Notes under the pieces: model-generated
Databases searched by the model: none
The model's input: the letters and a program-made list of their open reading frames with translations, nothing else
What the model was told of the DNA's origin: nothing
Shown: positions 5,696 through 14,300 of the stretch, piece after piece
Numbering within the stretch: position 1 is the first letter of the stretch
Layout of the letters: every line of letters begins with the position of its first letter
Position numbers and translations under genes: made by a program
Virus genome (UHGV): UHGV-1639282
DNA length: 16,370 bases
Strand: one strand, 5' to 3'
Origin: a virus

Positions 5696-5949
5696 TATTT
5701 TTGAAAAACCAATATGTTTAAATTACCACTAGCTCCAGACCACGAAATGGTATTTCCAGAAACCGTAAGACTTGTGTACTTTCCATTGGTTACGTCCATT
5801 ATGTAATAGTCGATTCCCAATCCCGCCTCAACCTCATATGTTCTACTTCCTGAACCAGAGGGAGTAAAATAATCGAGGTAATAAACAGGGGCCAACGCAT
5901 TGACCATCTCCTGTCTTGATGGCGACCAAACCTGTGCACCATAGCTCAT
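5695..5949 (-). CDS. Hypothetical protein (84 aa), translationally coupled to the downstream 202-aa ORF
   Basis: ATG at 5949-5947 preceded by AAGGA. The stop TAA overlaps the next start by one base. No recognisable motifs. Confidence 0.5.
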   Translation of the reverse strand: MSYGAQVWSPSRQEMVNALAPVYYLDYFTPSGSGSRTYEVEAGLGIDYYIMDVTNGKYTSLTVSGNTISWSGASGNLNILVFQK

Positions 5950-6086
5950 AAATATATCCTTATACTTTTAAGCAGGGGCTGGTTTAGCTCCATCCCCGAT
6001 TGAAGTTGTTTATTCTTTAGGTGAATTTAACTTCGTTTCAAGCTCCTCAACCCTTTTGGTCAATTGCTGAATATGATGCATGAGAC

Positions 6087-6116
6087 AAGGCCCGCTATCG
6101 GGCCTTAATTTTTATT
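6087..6116 (+). terminator. Intrinsic-terminator-like hairpin AAGGCCCG-CTAT-CGGGCCTT followed by AATTTTTATT (T-tract on the plus strand)
   Basis: Perfect 8-bp GC-rich stem with 4-nt loop and a downstream T-run on the plus strand. It lies immediately beyond the tfa stop (6112-6114). On the minus strand it has an A-tract before it and no U-tract after, so it is best oriented to stop plus-strand (antisense) transcription, or it acts as a weak bidirectional terminator. Confidence 0.4.
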
Positions 6117-6639
6117 CAGGCTTTTGTGGCCATTCAGGATTTGCCGTATCCACACGGCTGACCAGAACACTGTAGCGTTCCCATGCTTCCAGTCGTGTGC
6201 GCTCCTCGTCTGTTGCCATATTCAGCCTGACAGCGCGTTCCAGCGGCTGGATGACTGATTCAGCTTCGGAAAGCAATGCGGCCTTTTGTGATTCGGCCTG
6301 TTGTTGTTGCTCGTCTGCCGTATAAATCCGTTTAACCACAGCTCCGTCCCTGAACATCCATTTACCCGAAATATCAGCCCGGCGATTTGCTGTAATGTCA
6401 GCAACCTCAACCACACTTAAACCTTCTGGATTTATTGTAGATACGTCTTTATTTATAGCCACAATAATTCCATCTGATGTGTAAGCAATTTTTATAGTGT
6501 CATCCTGGAAGTTCTTTTGTTCCTCATACCAGTTTTTACCGTCTTCAGAATACAACCAGACAACACCAAATTGTCGCGTCAATTCATATTGTTCAACAGT
6601 TTTTGGATTACCTGATCTGATGTTTTTTAAATGCTGCAT
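6112..6639 (-). CDS. tfa: Tail fiber assembly protein (Tfa-like chaperone)
   Basis: 175 aa. C-terminal region [25 protein letters not shown] matches the conserved end of lambda-type Tfa proteins as I recall them. Its start is 2 nt after the side tail fiber stop. Confidence 0.82.
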   Translation of the reverse strand: MQHLKNIRSGNPKTVEQYELTRQFGVVWLYSEDGKNWYEEQKNFQDDTIKIAYTSDGIIVAINKDVSTINPEGLSVVEVADITANRRADISGKWMFRDGAVVKRIYTADEQQQQAESQKAALLSEAESVIQPLERAVRLNMATDEERTRLEAWERYSVLVSRVDTANPEWPQKPE

Positions 6640-6641
6640 AA

Positions 6642-9600
6642 TTAAATACTTCCCGCGTTATACCATGTACCATTGATACAATACTGCACCGGCCTTGCCT
6701 GAGTTGTATCAATAAGTTCGTCCTTATTTGAGTTAATTGAGGCAGTAACAACATAACCAGATTTATCGTTCCATCCAGGACCATTCCATGTTTGCACAGA
6801 CGATTTTGTACCTAATCGAATACCTGTAATAAATCGTGAATTACATTCTGCTTTGGTATATGCCCCAACATCTCCCGCAGATGGTTTGCGTGTTGTAGTA
6901 TAAAATTCCGACCAGTCGGCTTCAAAACCATAACCGTCACGCGCAGAACGATAATAAATACCGCCGTTCTTATAATTCACGCGGAACTGTACAGCAGGGC
7001 AGCTCCCCGTATTCATATTGAAGTGGAGGATTAATGTCGATGCTCCACTGATATCTGCATCATAAACACCGCTATTCCAGTTCCAGCCAACAGCTTTATC
7101 ATTTGCAACCCTGCTTCCTGTTTGCCCTAAAGCAAATGCAGGCTGCTGGTTTTTCGTGTTGTAGTCTCGTCGCCAGCCAGGAGCATAAGCATCACCATGA
7201 TTAATATAAGTGAATTGTGCATTAGTAGTTCCGCCACCGCTGGAAGTGCTCGGGGTGGTTACACGGATGGTCATGGCACCTTTATTACCCATAACCTCAA
7301 TAACGCAACCAGCAAGGTGAATAAGTCCACATCCGGTGTCAGTAATAATTTTATTATTGCCGTATGACCATGAGCATTTACACATCCAGTATGGATGATT
7401 GAAGGCCCACTGAGATTCCAGCCATTCAATAAATTGCGCCGTCGTCCAGTTTCCTGCACCTGTGCTAATAGAGCCATGAAAAGAGCGGCAAGCACCTATT
7501 GTTTGCGTAAATTTATCTTTGTTTGGAATATCTGCGCCGTTCTGGTTTTTCTGTAATGCTCCTGCGGCTAATTCTACAGTTTGCTCAAGATTTAAATCTG
7601 CCGCCGTTAGCTCAATATTTTTAGAACCGTCAAACGACACCCCATTTATAGTTCTAGCGGTTTGTAACTTGGTCGCTGTAGCCGCGTTACCGGATGTATT
7701 CTGATTACCCGCAACGTTAACACCAGGTAAATTAATATTCGCAGTGCCATCGAAGCTAACACCACCGATGGTTCTTGCTGTCGCAAGTTTTGTCGCGGTA
7801 GCAGCATTCCCCGTGGTGTTCTGGTTACCAGCAATGTTTACACCCGGCAGGTTGATATTGGCGGAGCCATCGAATGACACGCCGCCTATTGTGCGTGCTG
7901 TTTGCAGTTTTGTTGCAGTTGCAGCATTACCGTTCAAACTACCATTGATGCCGCCAGTAACATTGAGTCCATTACCAATGGACACAGCACCGCTGGTATT
8001 ATTAATTGTAATAGGTCGCAAACCGTTCCATGAACCTAATGTGTCTCCTGATGCTGTTAGCATGAAATATGTGTTCGATCCATCATTACGGATAAAGAAC
8101 CCAAAGCTACCGTAAGCAATGCGGAAACCATTTGCATATTTTGAAATGATCTCGCCAGAAGATGTCAAACCTCCAGATAATGTACCACCGGTAAGAGGTA
8201 ATGCACCGACATCAGCCGCAGTAGGCTTGTTTTTAGTGTTATAAGAACGACGCCAGCCTGGCGCATAATCACTCCCATTGTACACATAAATAAATTCCGC
8301 ATTATTAACACCACCATGACCTGATGTTGTTGTCGTTGTAACACGAATAGTGTAGTGGCTTGTTGACTTATTACTAAACACCTCAATCACGGAACCAGAT
8401 AGATCGATCCTACCGCAACCAGTGTCGTCTATATAATTATTGTTGGCGTAAGCCCATGAGCACCGTGCAATCCAATATTTGTTTGAAAATGCACCCTGAT
8501 TATTTAGCCAAGTTATAAATTGAGCAGTCGTAAATGGCGTTCCGTTACCACTATTTAACCATCCAGCGGCAGCGGTTGGCGCGTTTATATCAGCCGGCTG
8601 AGGCATAAATCCAGTCGTGTAAACCTGCTCCCAACCACTTTCAAAACCATAGCCATCGCGAGATGAACGATAAAACAACCCACCATTTTTATAGTGAGCC
8701 TTAATTTGAAGCGTACGGCAACTACCTACACCAGTATAAAAGTTGGCAAGAATATAACTGTCGCCCGTTCTAGTTACATTATAAGCACCAGATTCAGCAT
8801 TCCACGGCACGCCGCCATCAGCATCAGCATATGACCCTGTTGCTCTTCTTGCGAAAGCGGCAACATGCGCGGCGGTTAAAGTGATATCAGTAGAGCCATC
8901 AAATGGAACACCGGATATTTTTCTTGCAGTCTGAAGTTTCGTAGCTGTATCAGAGTTCCCCTTAACCCCTTTTGGAGAATTAAGTGGTGTATTGATCGTC
9001 ACTTCACCTGTTGCGTTATTTACTGCAAATGGTCGAAGACCGTTCCAGCCACCGTACTGGTCGCCTTTATCAGTCATGAGCAAGTAAGTATTTGCTCCAT
9101 CATTTCGCCATATGACACCGTAATCGCCAGCAATCATCCTTAACGCATTCTGACTACGGACAATAACTTCATCATTAGCGTAAACCTTATTACCGCTAAT
9201 ATCCGCATTTGTGAGGAGTGCGTGCGAACTATAGAATCCTCTACCGTTGGAGAAATCAAGTATAGTATCAGCGTCCACGCATTCTGTTCTAGGGTCTGTA
9301 GCGCCCCATTTGTAAGTTGATTGCCCGATAACATAATCGGCAGATGGTACAACAACAGATAAGCCTTCTTCTACATATACAGCAATAGGAAACGCTTCAC
9401 CTTCAACATAGAACACAGAACACAGATCATCCGCTTTTCTACCCATCATGATAGAATGAATAGCACGCTCATTTGCGTGATAGATATGAAACATTCCATA
9501 AGCATAATGTCCCCTGTCAGTCCAACCGCCAGGCATGACAAAACCATTGAACTCACAGTTGTTCATCCTATCATTGGCAGTCTTTGAACTTGTACTTATC

Positions 9601-11297
9601 GTCACCCTGGATGCTAATTCACTGCTGAATCCAGAAGAACGACGAATAACCACAGGGTAAAACTTACCAGCTTCAACTCCTGCGGGCGCATTCACTGTTG
9701 AATACTTCATTCCTCGTTTAGCGGCCATATCAGTCTTGCTGGCAGCATTAATGTTGCTCAGGAAGCGGCCCTTGTCTGGGATATCAGCGCCATTCTGATT
9801 CTTCGCCAATCGGCTATTCGCATTGTCATTGGCTGCTTTTACTGCCTTTGGCGTTGCCGCCAGCGTTTCAGACGTGCTGTTGGTCGCACTGCTGAGCTGT
9901 ACTATCCCCTTTTTCGTCGTGCTCGCATCCTCAAGCGCCACAGCGGATGCAATATCCTCTGCCCGTTTTGCCGCTGTCTCGGCGCGCGTTGCCGCGGATT
10001 CTGCCGTACTTTTGCTCTGTGCTGCCGCCGTCGCACTGCCAGCTGCCTCTGTCGCCTTCGTGGATGCCGTCGTGGCGCTGCCCTTCGCTGCTGACGCTTG
10101 TCTGGTCGCCTCATCTTTTGAAGCAGACGCAGATGATGCCGATGACGCCGCCGAACTGGCTGACGATGCGGCAGCCGTTTTTGAGGATTCTGCGCTGGTT
10201 TCCGACGCTTTCGCGTTCGTTTCGGATGTCTTCGCTGCGGAAGCAGACCTCGCTGCTGCGCTGGCCTGTTCAGTGGCTTCGCCAGCCTTCGTTGTGGCTG
10301 TTGAAGCAGACGATGCGGCGCTTTCTGCCGATTTTCCGGCGGCGGTGGCACTGGCTGAGGCCTGCCCGGCACTTGTTGACGCGGCACTGGCAGACGACGC
10401 AGCCGCTGTTTTTGAGCCTGCCGCAGCTGAGGCGCTCTGTCCCGCTGCCGTCTCAGAAGACTTAGCGTTCGTCTCGGACGTTTTTGCCGCCTTCGCGGAA
10501 TTTGCTGCCGCCGTTGCCGAGGAAGCTGCGCTACTGGCGCTCAAGGATGCGTTCGTTTCTGATGATTTCGCTGCCTCTTTTGAGGCCGCCGCATCCCGGG
10601 CTGAGGTGGCAGCTTCTGACGCTTTCGTGGTCGCGGTGGATGCAGAAGTGGCTGCTGATTGTTGTGACGCTGCGGCATTCGTTTCAGATTTTTTCGCAGC
10701 AGTTGCACTCGCACTTGCGGCACTTTGTGAGGATGCCGCATCGGATGCACTTTGAGACGCTTGAGAGGCTTTTTCTCCAGCGGTATTGGCGCTTTCTGCT
10801 GCTGCGGCAGCACTGGCCGCCGCCTCACGAGCTTTGTCGCCAGCAGCATCAATCGCGTCAGTGTTATTTTTATACCACTCAACGTTTTCGTTGTGCTCGT
10901 TGACGATCTGCATTAGCGGCTTAACGGTTACTTCTGTACCGTCTTCACGCTCGATTGTCACCTCATCCAGCGCAGTCAACCAACTGCGCATGGACTTGGA
11001 ATCAGCCGACATACGCGACATTAGCGCAGTAAAGCGCGCGCTAAACTGTGTTAAGTCGCCTTCATAGGTCGTAATGATTCGGCACGGAACCTCAGACTGA
11101 GTTTCGCCGGTATAAGGTTCTGAGAGAACAATGTTCGTATCACTGGTTACGCGCTTGATCTCATACAGCTTATTGTCGGGGCCAATGACGATCATCCCCG
11201 GCAACACACCATTAGCTGTTACGTTCCAGGCTGTCCCTGCCCCAACCAGAGTATTGCTACCCTGTGTAAATGTGATAGTACCTTCCCTGTACCACAT
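6642..11297 (-). CDS. Side tail fiber protein (Stf-like), 1551 aa, mosaic
   Basis: ATG with AAGGAG 8 nt upstream. Long Ala/Ser/Thr-rich shaft containing [24 protein letters not shown] and [42 protein letters not shown], which I recall as near-identical to lambda Stf. Phage tail fibre repeats ([29 protein letters not shown]) in four copies. Duplicated distal modules, followed by tfa. Confidence 0.9.
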   Translation of the reverse strand: MWYREGTITFTQGSNTLVGAGTAWNVTANGVLPGMIVIGPDNKLYEIKRVTSDTNIVLSEPYTGETQSEVPCRIITTYEGDLTQFSARFTALMSRMSADSKSMRSWLTALDEVTIEREDGTEVTVKPLMQIVNEHNENVEWYKNNTDAIDAAGDKAREAAASAAAAAESANTAGEKASQASQSASDAASSQSAASASATAAKKSETNAAASQQSAATSASTATTKASEAATSARDAAASKEAAKSSETNASLSASSAASSATAAANSAKAAKTSETNAKSSETAAGQSASAAAGSKTAAASSASAASTSAGQASASATAAGKSAESAASSASTATTKAGEATEQASAAARSASAAKTSETNAKASETSAESSKTAAASSASSAASSASSASASKDEATRQASAAKGSATTASTKATEAAGSATAAAQSKSTAESAATRAETAAKRAEDIASAVALEDASTTKKGIVQLSSATNSTSETLAATPKAVKAANDNANSRLAKNQNGADIPDKGRFLSNINAASKTDMAAKRGMKYSTVNAPAGVEAGKFYPVVIRRSSGFSSELASRVTISTSSKTANDRMNNCEFNGFVMPGGWTDRGHYAYGMFHIYHANERAIHSIMMGRKADDLCSVFYVEGEAFPIAVYVEEGLSVVVPSADYVIGQSTYKWGATDPRTECVDADTILDFSNGRGFYSSHALLTNADISGNKVYANDEVIVRSQNALRMIAGDYGVIWRNDGANTYLLMTDKGDQYGGWNGLRPFAVNNATGEVTINTPLNSPKGVKGNSDTATKLQTARKISGVPFDGSTDITLTAAHVAAFARRATGSYADADGGVPWNAESGAYNVTRTGDSYILANFYTGVGSCRTLQIKAHYKNGGLFYRSSRDGYGFESGWEQVYTTGFMPQPADINAPTAAAGWLNSGNGTPFTTAQFITWLNNQGAFSNKYWIARCSWAYANNNYIDDTGCGRIDLSGSVIEVFSNKSTSHYTIRVTTTTTSGHGGVNNAEFIYVYNGSDYAPGWRRSYNTKNKPTAADVGALPLTGGTLSGGLTSSGEIISKYANGFRIAYGSFGFFIRNDGSNTYFMLTASGDTLGSWNGLRPITINNTSGAVSIGNGLNVTGGINGSLNGNAATATKLQTARTIGGVSFDGSANINLPGVNIAGNQNTTGNAATATKLATARTIGGVSFDGTANINLPGVNVAGNQNTSGNAATATKLQTARTINGVSFDGSKNIELTAADLNLEQTVELAAGALQKNQNGADIPNKDKFTQTIGACRSFHGSISTGAGNWTTAQFIEWLESQWAFNHPYWMCKCSWSYGNNKIITDTGCGLIHLAGCVIEVMGNKGAMTIRVTTPSTSSGGGTTNAQFTYINHGDAYAPGWRRDYNTKNQQPAFALGQTGSRVANDKAVGWNWNSGVYDADISGASTLILHFNMNTGSCPAVQFRVNYKNGGIYYRSARDGYGFEADWSEFYTTTRKPSAGDVGAYTKAECNSRFITGIRLGTKSSVQTWNGPGWNDKSGYVVTASINSNKDELIDTTQARPVQYCINGTWYNAGSI
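7590..7945 (-). repeat. Three tandem ~120-bp coding repeats (phage tail fibre repeat, ~40 aa each) inside stf; a fourth isolated copy near 8880-8960
   Basis: Protein repeats [40 protein letters not shown] x3 with matching DNA periodicity visible at 7600-7940. The isolated copy reads [29 protein letters not shown]. Boundaries are approximate. Confidence 0.6.
9950..10850 (-). repeat. Low-complexity GC-rich (GCN-codon) Ala/Ser/Thr-rich shaft-coding region of stf
   Basis: About 300 aa dominated by A/S/T with recurring KTSETNA/SASAA motifs. Its lack of stops in several frames produces the long spurious overlapping ORFs on both strands in the supplied track. Boundaries are approximate. Confidence 0.6.
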
Positions 11298-11317
11298 GTT
11301 GAATATGCTCCTTGATT

Positions 11318-11340
11318 TGGCGGGTTATCCTTGCCCGCCA
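11318..11340. other. Hairpin TGGCGGG-N9-CCCGCCA in the J-stf intergenic region, just upstream of the stf RBS
   Basis: 7-bp GC stem read directly from the sequence. A T-rich tract follows on the plus side (11341-11390). On the minus strand it directly precedes the stf Shine-Dalgarno. Confidence 0.3.
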
Positions 11341-11390
11341 TTAAGTAAATACTTACCTATTTTTACCGATATAAAAATTTTTTTCCACCA

Positions 11391-14300
11391 TCACAGACGG
11401 CCAATTCTTACTCGTAGGACGTTGTTATCGTCATAAACGTCAATCCGCTGACCATTTATAACCAATCGCCCATTGCCGCCGCTATTACCGTTGATCTCAA
11501 GCGTTCCATTTTTGCCGAACCGCCATCCAGATCTACCGCTAACAAAATTGGTAGATTGCAGATCGCCTACTTTTGCATTGGTGATTGTGCCATCCTTGAT
11601 ATACGCTCCATTCATATAGGCGATACTGTTTTCGATAACAAATGGCGTTGTGATCTTCCCGTTAACAGAGTTGACCAAACCAAACCTGTCCGCCTGAACC
11701 AAAAACTGAGATAGCCCAGTGGTGTCAATACCAAGCGCAATACCGGCAACATACTTCTGCCCTCCGCTCGTTGAAGTCTCCATTTTCAACGTCCACGCGG
11801 TTGATACTTTTTTGTTGGTATCAGCAATAGCTGTTGCCTGCTGTTGAATTGTCGCGGTATTTCCATCCACCTCTGCTTTCAGAGTATCGATTCGCCCACT
11901 CAGAGCATTATCTGCCTGCGTTCTCGCTGTCGTTTCAGTTGTTACCGCCGCGGAAATGTTGGCTGCCGTTTGAGACTCTAAGTTTGTGATTTGAGTCGCC
12001 AATGCAGCATCTTGCTCTGTACGCGTTTTCGTTTCGGTTGCTACAGCCGCTTTAATATCCTCTTTGTATTGAGAGGTCAGCTTGGTGATCTGAGACGACA
12101 ACGCCGAGTCAGCATCAGTTCGAGCCTGCGTTTCAACTGCAACGGCCGCACTAATATCTTTCGCTGTCTGTGCTTTTAAACTTGAAACCTCTTTTGTTAA
12201 AGCGGTATCACCATCTGCACGAGCCGTTGTTTCTCTGGCAAGAGACGCCTCGAGATCATTAGCTTTTGCTGTAAGAGACGTAATCTGGGTAGACAATGCA
12301 CTATCGGCATCAGTCCTTGCTTTTGTCTCTACAGCAACCGCTGCGGCAATATCAGTTCCGGTTTGTGCTCGCAGGCTGTTAATTTCTCGTGAGAGCGCCT
12401 GGTCAGCACTTGCTCTGGCCTCCTGCTCCTGAGTGATGGCAGCGGATATATCACCGTCAACCTTTGACTGAAGCTGGTTTATTTGTTTGGCTAACGCAGA
12501 GTCCCCGCTTGCTCGGGCCTCCTGCTCACTACGTATTGCAGCAGAAATATCATCATCAACCTTTGCCTGAAGTTGGGTGATCTGGCTTGCCAGAGCCGAA
12601 TCTTCCGTTGCTCGGGCTTCTTGCTCTTCCTTAATAGCTGCGACGATATCGTTGCTTACTTTCGACTCAAGCTGAGTGATCTGTGTCGTCAGAGCTTCAT
12701 CGGCAGATGTACGAGCCTCCTGCTCTGTACTAATCGCCGCGCTGATATCTCCTTCAAACTTAGATTGCAGCTGAGTGACACGCTTTGCCAACGCTTCATC
12801 GCCATCGGCACGAGCGGTGGACTCTTCCAGAATACTGGCCTTAATGTCTTCGCCAATTTCTACGCGAATTTCCTCAACCTTCGTGGCCATTGCAGACATA
12901 TCATCAGCAAAGGTTTTCTGTGTTGTTGCGATCTTCGCGTTATTGACCATCTGCTTGTGCTGGTCTTCATCTTGACGAAGAGCCAGGTCAATATTTGTTT
13001 TGGCTAACGCCTCAATGTTCGTAGTCAGTTCTGCACTGGTACGATCGACCTCTGCAACCGTCTTTTTCATTTCTTCAACGGCAGCGGAGCTTTCCTCTAC
13101 CGTTGACTGCAACACTTCCAGTTGTTTAGCGTTTGCAGCATCGCCTTCAACACGAGCCTCGCTTTCCTTAGCAATAAGAGCCGCCGCTTCATCTCTTGCA
13201 GCCTTTATTGCCTCGACTGTATTAGCGAGAGCTTTATCGTGTTCAGATACGGTGTTTTCGATTTCAACAATTGCAGCATCAGTAGCATCAATTTTTTCAA
13301 ACGCTTCATTGACCTTGTCGATCGTTGCCGAAACCTCACCTTTAAGCTCGGTTTGTGCGTTCTCCAAAGCATCGCTACGCTCGTTGAATTTTATTTCAAA
13401 ATCCGCGAGGTTATCGCTGAACTGCTTATCTAATTCAGCTATATCTTCCTTAACGTCGTTTACCGCCCCCTCCAAAGATTCGACGCTCTGGTTGATATGC
13501 TCATTTAACTCGTCAACTGCTTCTTGAGAGGCTTTGCTGTTGATGTCCTCAAGCAGAGCCTGACCAAGCTCGGAAGATGTAATTTTGCCAGTCAGGAACG
13601 ACAGTACATCGCGAGTTGTCGCCTCTGTACCCAAGTTTGAGTTCGGAGGACTTAACATACCTCGCTTGTTCGATGCTCGAACCCAGTAATACCACGTTTC
13701 GCTATCCCCAAGACCAGCATGTGTAAAGGTGGTGCTTGCAGACTCTGCGATCAGTTTCGCCGTATCCAGATTGTTGGTCTGGGATGCGTAAACATTAATG
13801 TGATCAAGGTCTACCGAATCTGGATTAACCCAATTCAGTATCACATTACGATAGTCTCCAACGGCCGTTAATGACGTTGGGGAATCCGGCGGTGTCATTG
13901 TGCCCAACACCTGATAAACGGCACTGATAATCTCTGTTTTTTTACCGTTGAATGAAACCGCATACAGCTGGAAGTCGTAGCGTCCATTCTCCGCGACATT
14001 AACGATTTCGTATTGCTCTTCGGTTACACGCGCCGATTGCCAGTTCGATACATTGTTTTCATCAGAACGTCGCCAACTGATCCAATACTCTGGAGATTTC
14101 CCTTCCCATGTTGCAGTCAGTTTTACTGACAGGTTGCCCGGGCTTGAGAGATAAGTCCCTTCAGTGATTTGCAGATTAGATGGCTTGGAGTAAGTTGGGT
14201 CCAATACCGTCGTATTCTGCGGGATCAGCGTTGCACCATTGTCGATTGCCTCATATTTAGACGGATTGTTCTCAACAGCGGTGATGTCAAAGCTACCCGG

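Noticed and set aside
5087-5949. The two unknown ORFs as a single frameshifted pseudogene
   Set aside because: The junction is a clean TAATG stop-start overlap with an SD-like sequence, the usual signature of translational coupling. I cannot fully exclude the alternative without homologs, so it is listed as a refutation test.
5950-6086. A sigma70 promoter for the unknown gene pair (TTGACC with a weak -10) on the minus strand
   Set aside because: The -10 element is poor and the spacing is ambiguous, so it is not convincing enough to annotate.
6087-6116. The hairpin as the simple intrinsic terminator of the tail operon
   Set aside because: Its T-tract is on the plus strand and the minus-strand side lacks a U-run. 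I kept it as a terminator-like element with orientation uncertainty rather than calling it the tfa terminator.
9823-10903. Long plus- and minus-strand ORFs (310, 172, 161, 139, 113 aa) overlapping the stf shaft region
   Set aside because: The translations are extreme low-complexity (Ala-, Pro/Arg- or Leu-rich) and lie entirely within the well-supported stf frame. They are artefacts of a stop-poor GCN-repeat tract.
11870-12870. Tandem 99-bp repeats as a CRISPR array or non-coding satellite
   Set aside because: The units are imperfect, contiguous without unique spacers, and maintain one long open frame encoding 33-aa helical repeats inside the J-like gene.
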